This document shows, piece after piece, positions 18,073 through 27,230 of a stretch of 52,571 bases of DNA (position 1 is the first letter of the stretch; each line of letters opens with the position of its first letter). Where the stretch lies: positions 1 through 52,571 of IMG/VR virus record IMGVR_UViG_3300009514_000035, one strand, 5' to 3'. A model generated the notes under the pieces. The model was given only the letters and a program-made list of their open reading frames with translations. It did no database searches and was not told the origin of the DNA. Position numbers and translations under genes: made by a program. This DNA comes from a virus. Its lineage: Duplodnaviria; Caudoviricetes.

Positions 18073-18734
18073 CGCAAGCCTATCAAGTACCGACTAAGCT
18101 TCCACTTTTGCCCGGACTGATGATGTTTGACGCTATCACGCGGCACCGAATAGGTGAAAACCTTGTCTCCACGCATGCCGGAGCCTACTTGGCCTCGTCG
18201 AGTGGCAGACCTGCTTGCGTCTAGGGCCTCCTGACGAGCTCGCCATAGCTTTGCTCGCAGCAAGAGGAGTGCGTGCTCCTTGTTGCGCTTTTGGCTGCGC
18301 TCAGACTCGCAGCGGACCTGCAGGCCGGTCGTCTTGTGGGTCAAGATCACTGCCGAGTCCGTCACATTGCGATGTTGGCCTCCCGCACCGGACCCTCGAC
18401 ACGTAGCCCAGTGCAATTCATTGGCGGGTAACCCGATTTCAGCCTTCGTAGGCTCCGGTAGCACGGCCACAGTGACCGTACTGGTGTGAACTCGACCTCG
18501 TTTCTCTGATGGCGGCACTCGCTGCCAACGGTGGCCTCCTGGTTCTCTGTCAAATGCGGAATCAGAGCCCACCCCTTGGGCTCTAAACGCACGGTAGCCA
18601 GATCTACGTGCTAGCTCCACGATATTAAAGTTTAATCTAGCAGCTAGACGAACGTAGAGTGCGAATTGGTCTTCGACCAGCATTTTGGCGTCGGCGCCAC
18701 CCTCGGCAGCGCGAATCTCGACGATCACAGACAT
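18069..18734 (-). CDS. Short RF1-like class I peptide chain release factor lacking the N-terminal domain
   Basis: EIRAAEGG, E.GGHRWQRVPPSEKRGRVHTSTVTVAVLPE, catalytic GSGAGGQHRNVTDSAV, ESERSQ..NK, QVGSGMRGDKVFTY; AGGAGG RBS. Confidence 0.9.
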   Translation of the reverse strand: MSVIVEIRAAEGGADAKMLVEDQFALYVRLAARLNFNIVELARRSGYRAFRAQGVGSDSAFDREPGGHRWQRVPPSEKRGRVHTSTVTVAVLPEPTKAEIGLPANELHWATCRGSGAGGQHRNVTDSAVILTHKTTGLQVRCESERSQKRNKEHALLLLRAKLWRARQEALDASRSATRRGQVGSGMRGDKVFTYSVPRDSVKHHQSGQKWKLSRYLIGLR

Positions 18735-19040
18735 CTGCGACCTCCTATTTTATTGTTGGATGACTTACAGGTTCAACGCGCGAAGCATCTCATGGCTAAG
18801 ACTCGAGAAGCGGCGTGACGATATGCAGTAGTGATTGCATGACGGTAAGCATAACTCGCATAAGTCGTTGACGCAAGCTTGTTTCGCATATATCCTGCAT
18901 GACGGGACGGCGGGTGGTGTGCTACTACAGCATACTAACTGGCCGATGCTTCCTAGCGTCTCCATACCCTGATAAACTTCGAGTTGCTGGTGGCTTTGTG
19001 CTACTATGCGCTTGATTTTTATCGAGTCGAGGAGCTAGAC

Positions 19041-20723
19041 ATGGGTCTTCCCCCATCTTTTCCGCTCAGCAGCGACCATTTCAGTGGTGGCAGCAACCTG
19101 ACCAAGGCCGTAGGCGGTCTGGTAGATTTGCTGAACGAGGTCTACGTCACTCTGTCTGAGCTCTCATCGGACGTGCACGGCGGTTGGGTGAAAATCACCG
19201 ACGCCAGTGTCAGCGGCGGAGTGGCCAGCGACAAGGTGTACCAAGACGCACCGAATGACACCATTTTGCAGAGCTTTTCTGCGTCCGGCACGGCGGTCAT
19301 CTTGACTGTGAGCTCGAGCTACCCTCTCGTCTACAATGGCACCTCTGACACCACGTTGCCTGAGGCGGTTGATGGCGGGCATTACTCCGGACCAGTGGCT
19401 ATTACAGTGCCCTCGTCGGGTCTTTATGCGGTGCAGGCCAAGAACGCCAATGGAGACCTTGTCGCCAGTGACATCGTGTCCGTCGTGTTGGATGCCCCGC
19501 CAGAGCTCTTGACCCTCGCCTTCACTGGCTCGTATCCCGGTGCGCAGACCGAGCTCAAAGCCGGCGACACGTTCGACCTCGTCGGCACCACGGATGTCGA
19601 CGCGACGCACATCGAGATCATCGACACCGAAGCCGGCACCAGCGAACTGCTCGCACTGCCGGGCGCACCGACACAAAGCTTCACGGTCAGCGCGACAATT
19701 GCTGACCGAGGCGATGTCAACACGGCCCGGCCAATCCGAGCAAAAGCGCGCAACGCAGCAGGCGCCTTCGGGGCTGAACGTGACACGGACGAGCTCGGCG
19801 GTACAACGGACGGCGTCGATCTCGTGTTTTGCAACAACCTTGCGCCGAGCTTCGTGGACAACGGCACGACGTTCCCTGGTGGACGATCGGCGTTCAAAGG
19901 CGTCGAAACCGGTTCCCAGGACACCACGGTCAGCGACTACGATACGATCGTCTACTCCTCGCCGCACGGCGATTTCACGCCTGACGCGCCCACGACGTAC
20001 GTCCAAGACAAAGGCATCACCTGCACCAACCCCGGCGACTACAACGACAGCGCCGACAACTTCCGCATCGTCGCGACGCGCGCCGCAAACGACAAGAGCG
20101 CGACGTTCAACAAGGTCATCGAGGTCGCGGACACCGCTCCTGTCGTCACAGTTACACAGCCCGCTGCGCGGCTCCGCTCTGGTGGCAACGATGGCACGGC
20201 TGCGCAAAACCACGTCATCACAGCGACGTCCGATCAAAACCTAAATGCTGCGCCAAACATCAACGTCGTTGTCGGCGGTACGTGGCAAGGCGGCGGATTC
20301 GTTGGCGGCCCAAAGATTTGGACGCGCACGTTGCAAGTGCATGACAACGACGCAAAAGGAACTGCTGCCTGGACGTTGACAGGAACGGTCCAAAATAACG
20401 CCAACACGAATGGCAGCCTTGCAGGCAACCAGGTCAACGGCGGCTTCGTCGCACGAAGTCTGACGTTTGCCGCCTTTTCGCAAACGACGGCGCTCAACAC
20501 CGAGGTTGTTGACTACTCGAAGGTTCAAGCCGGGATCTTTACCGGCACGAGCAATCCTGCGGTGCGCAACGCCGTGCAGGGCAACACTGACGACCTTGCT
20601 GATCAATACACGATTACGACGCTGGCCGTGAATCCGTCTGAAGTGTTCTGGAACGATCTCACGGCCGCGAATAACAACGCGACAGGGACGGCACAGATCA
20701 CCAACGTCGAGGAGATTGTATAA
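19041..20723 (+). CDS. Beta-rich (Ig-like) virion structural protein
   Basis: Start re-placed at ATG 19041 (GAGGAG RBS); Thr/Gly/Asp-rich strand pattern; heads the tailspike-like operon. Confidence 0.6.
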   Translation: MGLPPSFPLSSDHFSGGSNLTKAVGGLVDLLNEVYVTLSELSSDVHGGWVKITDASVSGGVASDKVYQDAPNDTILQSFSASGTAVILTVSSSYPLVYNGTSDTTLPEAVDGGHYSGPVAITVPSSGLYAVQAKNANGDLVASDIVSVVLDAPPELLTLAFTGSYPGAQTELKAGDTFDLVGTTDVDATHIEIIDTEAGTSELLALPGAPTQSFTVSATIADRGDVNTARPIRAKARNAAGAFGAERDTDELGGTTDGVDLVFCNNLAPSFVDNGTTFPGGRSAFKGVETGSQDTTVSDYDTIVYSSPHGDFTPDAPTTYVQDKGITCTNPGDYNDSADNFRIVATRAANDKSATFNKVIEVADTAPVVTVTQPAARLRSGGNDGTAAQNHVITATSDQNLNAAPNINVVVGGTWQGGGFVGGPKIWTRTLQVHDNDAKGTAAWTLTGTVQNNANTNGSLAGNQVNGGFVARSLTFAAFSQTTALNTEVVDYSKVQAGIFTGTSNPAVRNAVQGNTDDLADQYTITTLAVNPSEVFWNDLTAANNNATGTAQITNVEEIV

Positions 20724-22300
20724 TGGGCGCGTTCGAAGATCTTGTCGTACTGGAATTTGCTGAGCGTCCAGCAACGCTTACGCTTGGAAGCACAGGCTAC
20801 GACGGAGACCCGAATCTGTCGGTCGTAGCAAAAGTCAATGGCGCACCAGTTGGTAGTACGTTTCTTGAGCAAGGTACTGGCTTGCTGTGGCAGAAGCTGG
20901 TGCAAGCCGATCCAGCATCGTGGGTGCAGGTTGGTGGTGGTCTCAAGGCGACAACGGCGGTCATGCAGTATTACGTCGACGGAACGTCTGGCGTGGACAC
21001 AGCAGGGAATGGCCTAGATGTCGGCACACCCGTCAAGACGTTGCAGTACCTGTTCACCAATGTGTTTCTGGCTAGGATTCTTTTGCATGACGTCGTTGTC
21101 AATTGCGTCGGCACCCTGGCCGCAGCGTTCGATCTCCCGTCGATCTTTGTCTTTCCGCAGGTGTGGGATACGGCTCGGCTCATCTTCGATGGCGGCGATG
21201 GACTCACGCAACTCGCTGGGCCGTTCACTGCGACCAGCAGTGCTGTCGGCTCCGTCACCGTCTCTGGTTCTGGTTGGACCGACGGCGAGCACCGTGGCCA
21301 CCTTGTAGAAATCACGTCCGGTCCTCAGGTTGGAACCGTGCGAAACGTCCACGACAACGTTGGCGATGTGCTCTCTTTCGGTAAAGAGATGACCGATCCC
21401 GGTCTTGCTAACTTCCGCACGGTCAGACCCGAGACGACTGTCACCGCTGGGTGGGATTTCTACAACACGTACAAGGGGCATGTGCATGTGCAGCGCATGC
21501 ACTTTGATGGCGGCGCTGGTGGTTACCTGTGGGCTGGTACTTTGCCGAGAGGTAAGATGGACCTGACCCTGCACGTCGCCATGCTCACGATATCTGACTG
21601 CGACTGGTCTTTTGGAACCGAGGGTGTCGCGCTTGCATTCGATGAGGACGTTCGTGATCCTGCCACACCGTCGACTCTCAAGCCCTTGCTGAAGGCTGGG
21701 TTTAGCACCTGGAACGACGGAACGTCCAGCTTGCATTGGATTATTGGCCGCGTGTCAGTCGAGAACAACAGTCTACACTCTGGGAGCCCGCCTTACATCA
21801 CAGGCGGCGGATTCAATAACGACGGCACGTTTAATTGCTGGAACGGGTTCTTTATCGAGTCTGGCTCTGGCGAGCAGCATTACGCTATAGGCGGCGGTGG
21901 CATGGGCGTCAACTCCGGCTGGGCCGTGCCAAAGATCAGCAACGTAGCCGCGCACTACAGCGGCTCTGGCGCTGGGCTCGTTGTTGAAGGTGGATTCTTC
22001 CGTGTTGGCCCGATCGATATTTCATATTGCGCTGGATCTGGTGTTGAGGTTCATCGCAATGGTGCGCTTGCTATCGATGGCGCGCTATCGGGCGTTGCAC
22101 TGGTCGGCTCCGGTTGCTGGATCAAGAGCGGAGGACAAGTGTCTGTTGCTAGCTGGGGCGTGCCTACAATCTCTGGCAACGCCGGTGAAATCTCATTCGA
22201 TGGCGAGCAGGAGCACGGTACCTGGGCCGCTGTTGCTGGCGGCGAGCCGCTCGCCTCTGCTGAGCATCAGGCGGGCTGTTACCAGAACAGCCAAGCCTAA
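20723..22300 (+). CDS. Tailspike/receptor-binding-like protein, paralogue 1 (extra N-terminal attachment-type domain)
   Basis: YYVDGTSG.D...G...PVKT motif (DUF1565/beta-helix type), W...G..V.ITSGP..G..R module, C-terminal GEISFDG...GTW. Confidence 0.65.
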   Translation: MGAFEDLVVLEFAERPATLTLGSTGYDGDPNLSVVAKVNGAPVGSTFLEQGTGLLWQKLVQADPASWVQVGGGLKATTAVMQYYVDGTSGVDTAGNGLDVGTPVKTLQYLFTNVFLARILLHDVVVNCVGTLAAAFDLPSIFVFPQVWDTARLIFDGGDGLTQLAGPFTATSSAVGSVTVSGSGWTDGEHRGHLVEITSGPQVGTVRNVHDNVGDVLSFGKEMTDPGLANFRTVRPETTVTAGWDFYNTYKGHVHVQRMHFDGGAGGYLWAGTLPRGKMDLTLHVAMLTISDCDWSFGTEGVALAFDEDVRDPATPSTLKPLLKAGFSTWNDGTSSLHWIIGRVSVENNSLHSGSPPYITGGGFNNDGTFNCWNGFFIESGSGEQHYAIGGGGMGVNSGWAVPKISNVAAHYSGSGAGLVVEGGFFRVGPIDISYCAGSGVEVHRNGALAIDGALSGVALVGSGCWIKSGGQVSVASWGVPTISGNAGEISFDGEQEHGTWAAVAGGEPLASAEHQAGCYQNSQA

Positions 22301-22312
22301 TAGGAGAGTACG

Positions 22313-22588
22313 ATGCCCCCGAAGAATAGGCCAAGGCCACCCAAGCCGCAGAAGCCGCAGAAGCCTGCGAAGAAGGTTCGCAGTCCGCGCATCAAATCGA
22401 CCAACGGGAAGCACGTTTGTACCTTGTGTGACACCGAATACGATGCACTGCCGGTATCGTTGCAGGGGGCTCAAGGCCTGAAAAAAGGGCCGGCAATGGT
22501 CCGGAGAAAATGCACTACCTGTGGTGCTGCAAGTGAAGTGCATCGCAACCGGGGTAACACCGACCTCGAAGTCCAAGAAGAGGTCTAA
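22313..22588 (+). CDS. Small Zn-ribbon protein, partner 1
   Basis: CTLC...CTTC, basic Pro/Lys N-terminus, AGGAG RBS; paralogue of 23991-24176. Confidence 0.75.
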   Translation: MPPKNRPRPPKPQKPQKPAKKVRSPRIKSTNGKHVCTLCDTEYDALPVSLQGAQGLKKGPAMVRRKCTTCGAASEVHRNRGNTDLEVQEEV

Positions 22589-22590
22589 CC

Positions 22591-23979
22591 ATGGCTAAGG
22601 ACTTTCAGACTAAAACTTTCGACTCGCGTCGGTACTACGTCGACGGCGTCAGCGGTAATGACGCAAACAGCGGGACGAGGTTTGCTTCGCCAAAGAAGAC
22701 CATCGAGGGCATAAAGGCCGCGCTGCCCGACCGAATCTCGCACAACACCACGGTGCAGTGCGAAGGACCGCTAGATGGCGTCGGCGGTGCCGCCGTGTTT
22801 CTCAGCAAGCATGTCGACCCTGGTGTCACGCTTTTGTTCTCTGGCTTCCCTGATGAAGTCGCTGCCGGCCCGGCAAGTGAAACAGCAACCAGTAACGACG
22901 CTACGTTCTTTGGCGTTGCTGGCACTCCTTGGGCCGTGAACACGGTCAATGGTATGTTCATCAAGCCGTCGAGCGGCGCTCAAGGCGGCAACATCCGGTC
23001 CGCGTTTAGCAACGACACAAACACGGTCTTTGTGCACAAGGATTGGGCGTCCGCACCAGGCAACGTGGCCTTCGCGTTCGTCAAGCCACGCACGGTCTTG
23101 AATCACTGGATCGACGTGCAAGTGCTTGGTGGTGGGACGATTCGCTTTCAGCGTTTCGATCTCACCGCTAACGGTGGCATTTGGAACGGGCCAGACAGCA
23201 ACGCATTACCAAACGAGATGCATAGCGATGGCATCGTCTACATCTCTGCCTGTACTACCGGGGCGGCCACGTGGGGCTTTGGCGGGTGGCACGGCAACCA
23301 GATGGTTTTCGGCGACGAAGTGCTCAGCGTCATCGATCAGTCGGTTGACACGGCAGTCGTCGCGGGGGTTGGTAATTGGAGCAGCGCCGCCGAGATGTGG
23401 TTCGATCGGATGGATTCATTGTTGCTGAATCATCTGATAACGCGCGGGCGGCTGCGTGTCTTCGGTGGCGAAGTTCGAATGCGTACGAACTTCCATTTGC
23501 TGGGCGCGGCTTTGCAGTACTGCAACAACGCCAGCTCTGAAAATATCTTCGACTACGTCGCTAACCAGCGCATTTCGGAGTTGCACGGCAACGGGACGTA
23601 TCCAGCTCTGGTGCTCATCGATTCCAACGTACGCATCGGTACTGCGCTAGCAAACGACACCGTGAAGCTCGGTGCCGCCGCCGCTAAGCACGCCATCGAG
23701 ATGATCAATAGTCGCCTCGAGCTCAACGGGCAGATTGCGGCGCTCGCAGCGTGCGCTGGGTTCAATTTGTACGCGCACGCAAATTCGCATGTCGACGTTG
23801 CAGCAGGAAATCTTGCGGCCATCATCGCCAACTTTACTTCAGGCGCTCTTGGCGCTATCTCTCTCGACGGTGCCAACGAATTTGGCACATGGACCGACGT
23901 GCAAAACGGTGAGGCAGTGGAATCCGCAGCTTCCGGCTCGCGGGTAAAGATCGCTGGGCCTGAGTACATCAATTACTAG
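22591..23979 (+). CDS. Tailspike/receptor-binding-like protein, paralogue 2
   Basis: YYVDGVSGNDANSG...SPKKT, LPDRISHNTTV, C-terminal GAISLDG..EFGTW. Confidence 0.65.
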   Translation: MAKDFQTKTFDSRRYYVDGVSGNDANSGTRFASPKKTIEGIKAALPDRISHNTTVQCEGPLDGVGGAAVFLSKHVDPGVTLLFSGFPDEVAAGPASETATSNDATFFGVAGTPWAVNTVNGMFIKPSSGAQGGNIRSAFSNDTNTVFVHKDWASAPGNVAFAFVKPRTVLNHWIDVQVLGGGTIRFQRFDLTANGGIWNGPDSNALPNEMHSDGIVYISACTTGAATWGFGGWHGNQMVFGDEVLSVIDQSVDTAVVAGVGNWSSAAEMWFDRMDSLLLNHLITRGRLRVFGGEVRMRTNFHLLGAALQYCNNASSENIFDYVANQRISELHGNGTYPALVLIDSNVRIGTALANDTVKLGAAAAKHAIEMINSRLELNGQIAALAACAGFNLYAHANSHVDVAAGNLAAIIANFTSGALGAISLDGANEFGTWTDVQNGEAVESAASGSRVKIAGPEYINY

Positions 23980-23990
23980 GACGGACGACC

Positions 23991-24176
23991 ATGAACTACA
24001 GGCACACTTGCACGAATTGCTCCACAGAATTCGAGACGCTTCCAGCGCCGATGCGTGGAGAAGCCGGCCGAGACATAGGTCCTCGCGACTCGTTCAAGAA
24101 GCGCTGTCCTCGCTGTAGGAAAAAGCACCGCATTCACCGCAACGACGACTACAGCGTCACGGTTGAGGAGCTGTAA
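23991..24176 (+). CDS. Small Zn-ribbon protein, partner 2
   Basis: CTNC...CPRC; shares H.C..C.TE...LP....G..G...GP...C..C....HRN with partner 1. Confidence 0.75.
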   Translation: MNYRHTCTNCSTEFETLPAPMRGEAGRDIGPRDSFKKRCPRCRKKHRIHRNDDYSVTVEEL

Positions 24177-24178
24177 TC

Positions 24179-26929
24179 ATGCCAAGAGACTTTATCCTCG
24201 CAACGATGGGCGACGTCCACTTCTATCTCGACGGAACGTCCGGCGACGACACGAACGATGGGTCAAGTGGCAACCCGTGGAAGACGTGGTCCAGAGCCAT
24301 GTCGATCATCGGCAGCATGGTGATCAGGCATAAGCTCTGGCTGCATGTCTCTGGGACCTTCGAAGAAGCTAGCGGCGAAGCTATCGCAGCAACCATCCGC
24401 CTGCAAGGCGCGGAGCGTGGCGCTACACCTGACGTCAAGGTCGTCCCACAGTTCATCATCGACGGCGGCACTGGACGCAGTACGGTTGACTCGAAGGCGA
24501 ACCTCGTCAGCGACATCAATAGCTCGGGGCAAGTTGGCTTGTCTACGGAGAGCTGGTCTGTCAATGAATACGTTGGCTATATCGTCCGGTTTGATACCGG
24601 AGCGCAAGCTGGGCGCGAGTTTTTGATTCTTGAGAACTCCGCGACGACGATAAGCTTCTCGAATACCATCACGACGTCTGCCTCCGATCAGTTCTCGATC
24701 GTCCGACCATCGACGATCATCAAAGACATCGAGCTAGAGATGACCGTCTCTGGCGTCAACCTCGAAGCGGAGACTCAGTGGGCGCCATGCGTCCTTCAGC
24801 AAGTTACGCTCGATGGCTACGCAGAGTTCTTCATCAGTGGGGGCTACTGGGCAGTCAACCATGTGATCCTCGAAGACAGCGGGAACCAGCCTGGTTTGTA
24901 TTTCAGCGACTCGAAGCTCAGATTGTCGGGGCAACTCGTCAACGCTTCAGGCACGGAGACGTACACCGGCTACCACAGCATCGGCTGCGCTAATCCCAAG
25001 GCTGCTGGTGGGTTTGCTGTGTTGTCATTTGACGGCTGCACCATCCAATGGCTCCGAGCCATCGCTCAAGTTGAGTACCAGGAAATCATTTTCGACCGCT
25101 GCACGGTGCCAGCTTTTACCGCGTGTGCTGCGTGGTACCGTATGGAGTTCTACGACTGCAAAGTAGGTGGGTTCAGCGGCTCACAGAACGTGGTTGGCGA
25201 CTCTGGTGGTTTCGCTGCGCTCCGTTACTTCAACTGCCGACACGACTCCCACAGCATGGGGATGAGCGGTGTCACGCTGAAGAACTCCTCCCATGGAGTT
25301 GAGCTGGTCAATTCACAAATGAGTTGGTCGAGCATGCCTAACGGCAGCAACCTTAGCGGATACGGTGCGCTGCTGTATCGAAACTCAAGGCTGATGATTC
25401 CCGATCCGTCTGGCACGACCCTTGTCGGCACCGATGGGGAAATCGCACATTCAACCAATGCCAGGCCGTGGGCCACGTGGGCTGAAGCGTGGGACAGCAA
25501 CGGTCTCTACGACCCAGCCACGGGCGTATCAGTCGGCAGAAACAGCGGCGCAGCCACGTGGGTCAAAGGTCGTGTTACGGCGTCCGTTGGGGCTCGCACG
25601 TACTACATTAATGGATCCACTGGCAACGACGCATGGGACGGAGAAAGCCTAGCTCATGCTGTCAAGACGTTCTCCCGACTGTTTGAGCTGTTGCCCCGTT
25701 ACATTGACCACAACACCGTGGTCAACTTATCGGGGAGTTTTCCATCCAATGCGTTGAACGACGGCTTCTACGAGGTAGACGTTCGTGGAGACGCCATCCT
25801 GCTCTTTGACGGCGGCTCTGGTCGCACTACTGTAGAAGGCCCCTACACCGCGACTGCTTCTGCGGTTGGATCACTGACGGACTCTGGACGAGCGTGGACA
25901 GTCAACGCTCTTGTCGGGCACATGATCATCATGAACGACGGTCCACAGGCCGGACAGATCAGGATGATCCAGGAGAACACTGCCACACAGATTTTCTTCT
26001 CTCGCGAAATGGCATTAGATCCTGGGACGAGCAGCTTCACGATCTTCAGGCCCGAGACCTTGATCAACTGTGCCCTTGAGGTCCAATGCAACAGCGGGAT
26101 GTGGCATTTCCAGAGACTAAACATCGCAGGTAGCGGACTCATTTGGTTGACCGGAAACTCGTGGTCGCAGGCTGCAGCAGCACCTTGGATTAATGGTGGA
26201 TCCCCTGGTGGCCAGGTGTCGTTCAGCGCAATTTGCAACCAACGTTCTTGGGGCCTTGCCATTGAGGGAGGGCGTGGCGCGTTCATCAGTGAGTCACGAG
26301 ACCCTGCTTCGCCAGACGCAGCGTTATCTGGCGATCTGTCTGGCGTCGGCGATTGGACTGCCTCGGCTTATCTTTACATCATCGGGAATGGTGGTTTTAT
26401 CCGACTTGATGGATACTGCTCTGGTGGCGGATTGGACGTAGAGGGAGCCATGCCTTTCATTTACGGAGGGTGCTGGTGGGGCGGAGCATACTTCAACGGA
26501 TGCCTGCCTTATGACGGCGGGAGCTTCTACTCAGACACAGGGTATCGAGACACCATCATGGCGGACGTTGACGGAGCCGCCCTGTCTCTGCGAAACAGCA
26601 AGCTCGATGTTGGAGCTGATCTAGATCTACGCACCAGCGTCTACGGAATCGTGCTGGTTGATTCCTGGCTTGGGATCGGCGCCGCATTGCTCGGAGCTAC
26701 GCACACCAAGGGCGGTCTGCTTATCCACGCAGGGTCGAAAGCTTTGATCAGCGACGGTATTGGCGCTTCATGCACATTGTCTAAGTCCGGTGGTACGGTC
26801 GATGTAACCTTCGATGGAGTCAACCAGGCGATTAGCTGGGCCGATCTCGAAGCCGGAGGTCGAGCATCTGACGTCGATGAAATGTCGATGATCAAAGAAG
26901 TTGCGGATGCATTCGCAAGGTCTTCGTAG
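24179..26929 (+). CDS. Tailspike/receptor-binding-like protein, paralogue 3 (two tandem modules)
   Basis: FYLDGTSGDDTNDG..NPWKT at the start and a second YYINGSTGNDAWDG...AVKT at about 25601. Confidence 0.65.
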   Translation: MPRDFILATMGDVHFYLDGTSGDDTNDGSSGNPWKTWSRAMSIIGSMVIRHKLWLHVSGTFEEASGEAIAATIRLQGAERGATPDVKVVPQFIIDGGTGRSTVDSKANLVSDINSSGQVGLSTESWSVNEYVGYIVRFDTGAQAGREFLILENSATTISFSNTITTSASDQFSIVRPSTIIKDIELEMTVSGVNLEAETQWAPCVLQQVTLDGYAEFFISGGYWAVNHVILEDSGNQPGLYFSDSKLRLSGQLVNASGTETYTGYHSIGCANPKAAGGFAVLSFDGCTIQWLRAIAQVEYQEIIFDRCTVPAFTACAAWYRMEFYDCKVGGFSGSQNVVGDSGGFAALRYFNCRHDSHSMGMSGVTLKNSSHGVELVNSQMSWSSMPNGSNLSGYGALLYRNSRLMIPDPSGTTLVGTDGEIAHSTNARPWATWAEAWDSNGLYDPATGVSVGRNSGAATWVKGRVTASVGARTYYINGSTGNDAWDGESLAHAVKTFSRLFELLPRYIDHNTVVNLSGSFPSNALNDGFYEVDVRGDAILLFDGGSGRTTVEGPYTATASAVGSLTDSGRAWTVNALVGHMIIMNDGPQAGQIRMIQENTATQIFFSREMALDPGTSSFTIFRPETLINCALEVQCNSGMWHFQRLNIAGSGLIWLTGNSWSQAAAAPWINGGSPGGQVSFSAICNQRSWGLAIEGGRGAFISESRDPASPDAALSGDLSGVGDWTASAYLYIIGNGGFIRLDGYCSGGGLDVEGAMPFIYGGCWWGGAYFNGCLPYDGGSFYSDTGYRDTIMADVDGAALSLRNSKLDVGADLDLRTSVYGIVLVDSWLGIGAALLGATHTKGGLLIHAGSKALISDGIGASCTLSKSGGTVDVTFDGVNQAISWADLEAGGRASDVDEMSMIKEVADAFARSS

Positions 26930-26937
26930 GAAATAAA

Positions 26938-27228
26938 ATGGCAAAGAAAAAACCGACTAAAGAACAGCGACAAGAGCTTTACGAGGTAATGGCGATGCTC
27001 TTACGGACGGGCAAAGAGAGCAAAGCAGATAGAGCGCACGATCGGTACGTGAAGGCGCTTGACCTTGATGTCGGACCGAACCACAAAGAAAACATGAAGG
27101 CATTGGCCCGGACCAAAACAGCAGAGGCGCTGCCAGAGTTGACCAAGAAGCAGAAAGATCGAGACCACTCCAAGATGCGGCCAAAGCTGACGGCATCTGA
27201 AATCGCCGACTTGGATAAAGTGAGCTAG
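26938..27228 (+). CDS. Small basic helical protein in the partner slot
   Basis: 96 aa, Lys-rich, no Cys; same position as the Zn-ribbon partners. Confidence 0.65.
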   Translation: MAKKKPTKEQRQELYEVMAMLLRTGKESKADRAHDRYVKALDLDVGPNHKENMKALARTKTAEALPELTKKQKDRDHSKMRPKLTASEIADLDKVS

Positions 27229-27230
27229 TC

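Noticed and set aside
18069-18734. Stop-codon reassignment implied by the release factor
   Set aside because: Conserved genes are uninterrupted in the standard code, and TAA, TAG and TGA all terminate genes, with TGA in clear ATGA overlaps.
19164-20237. 357-aa antisense ORF
   Set aside because: Shadow frame of a high-GC3 structural gene; no motifs.
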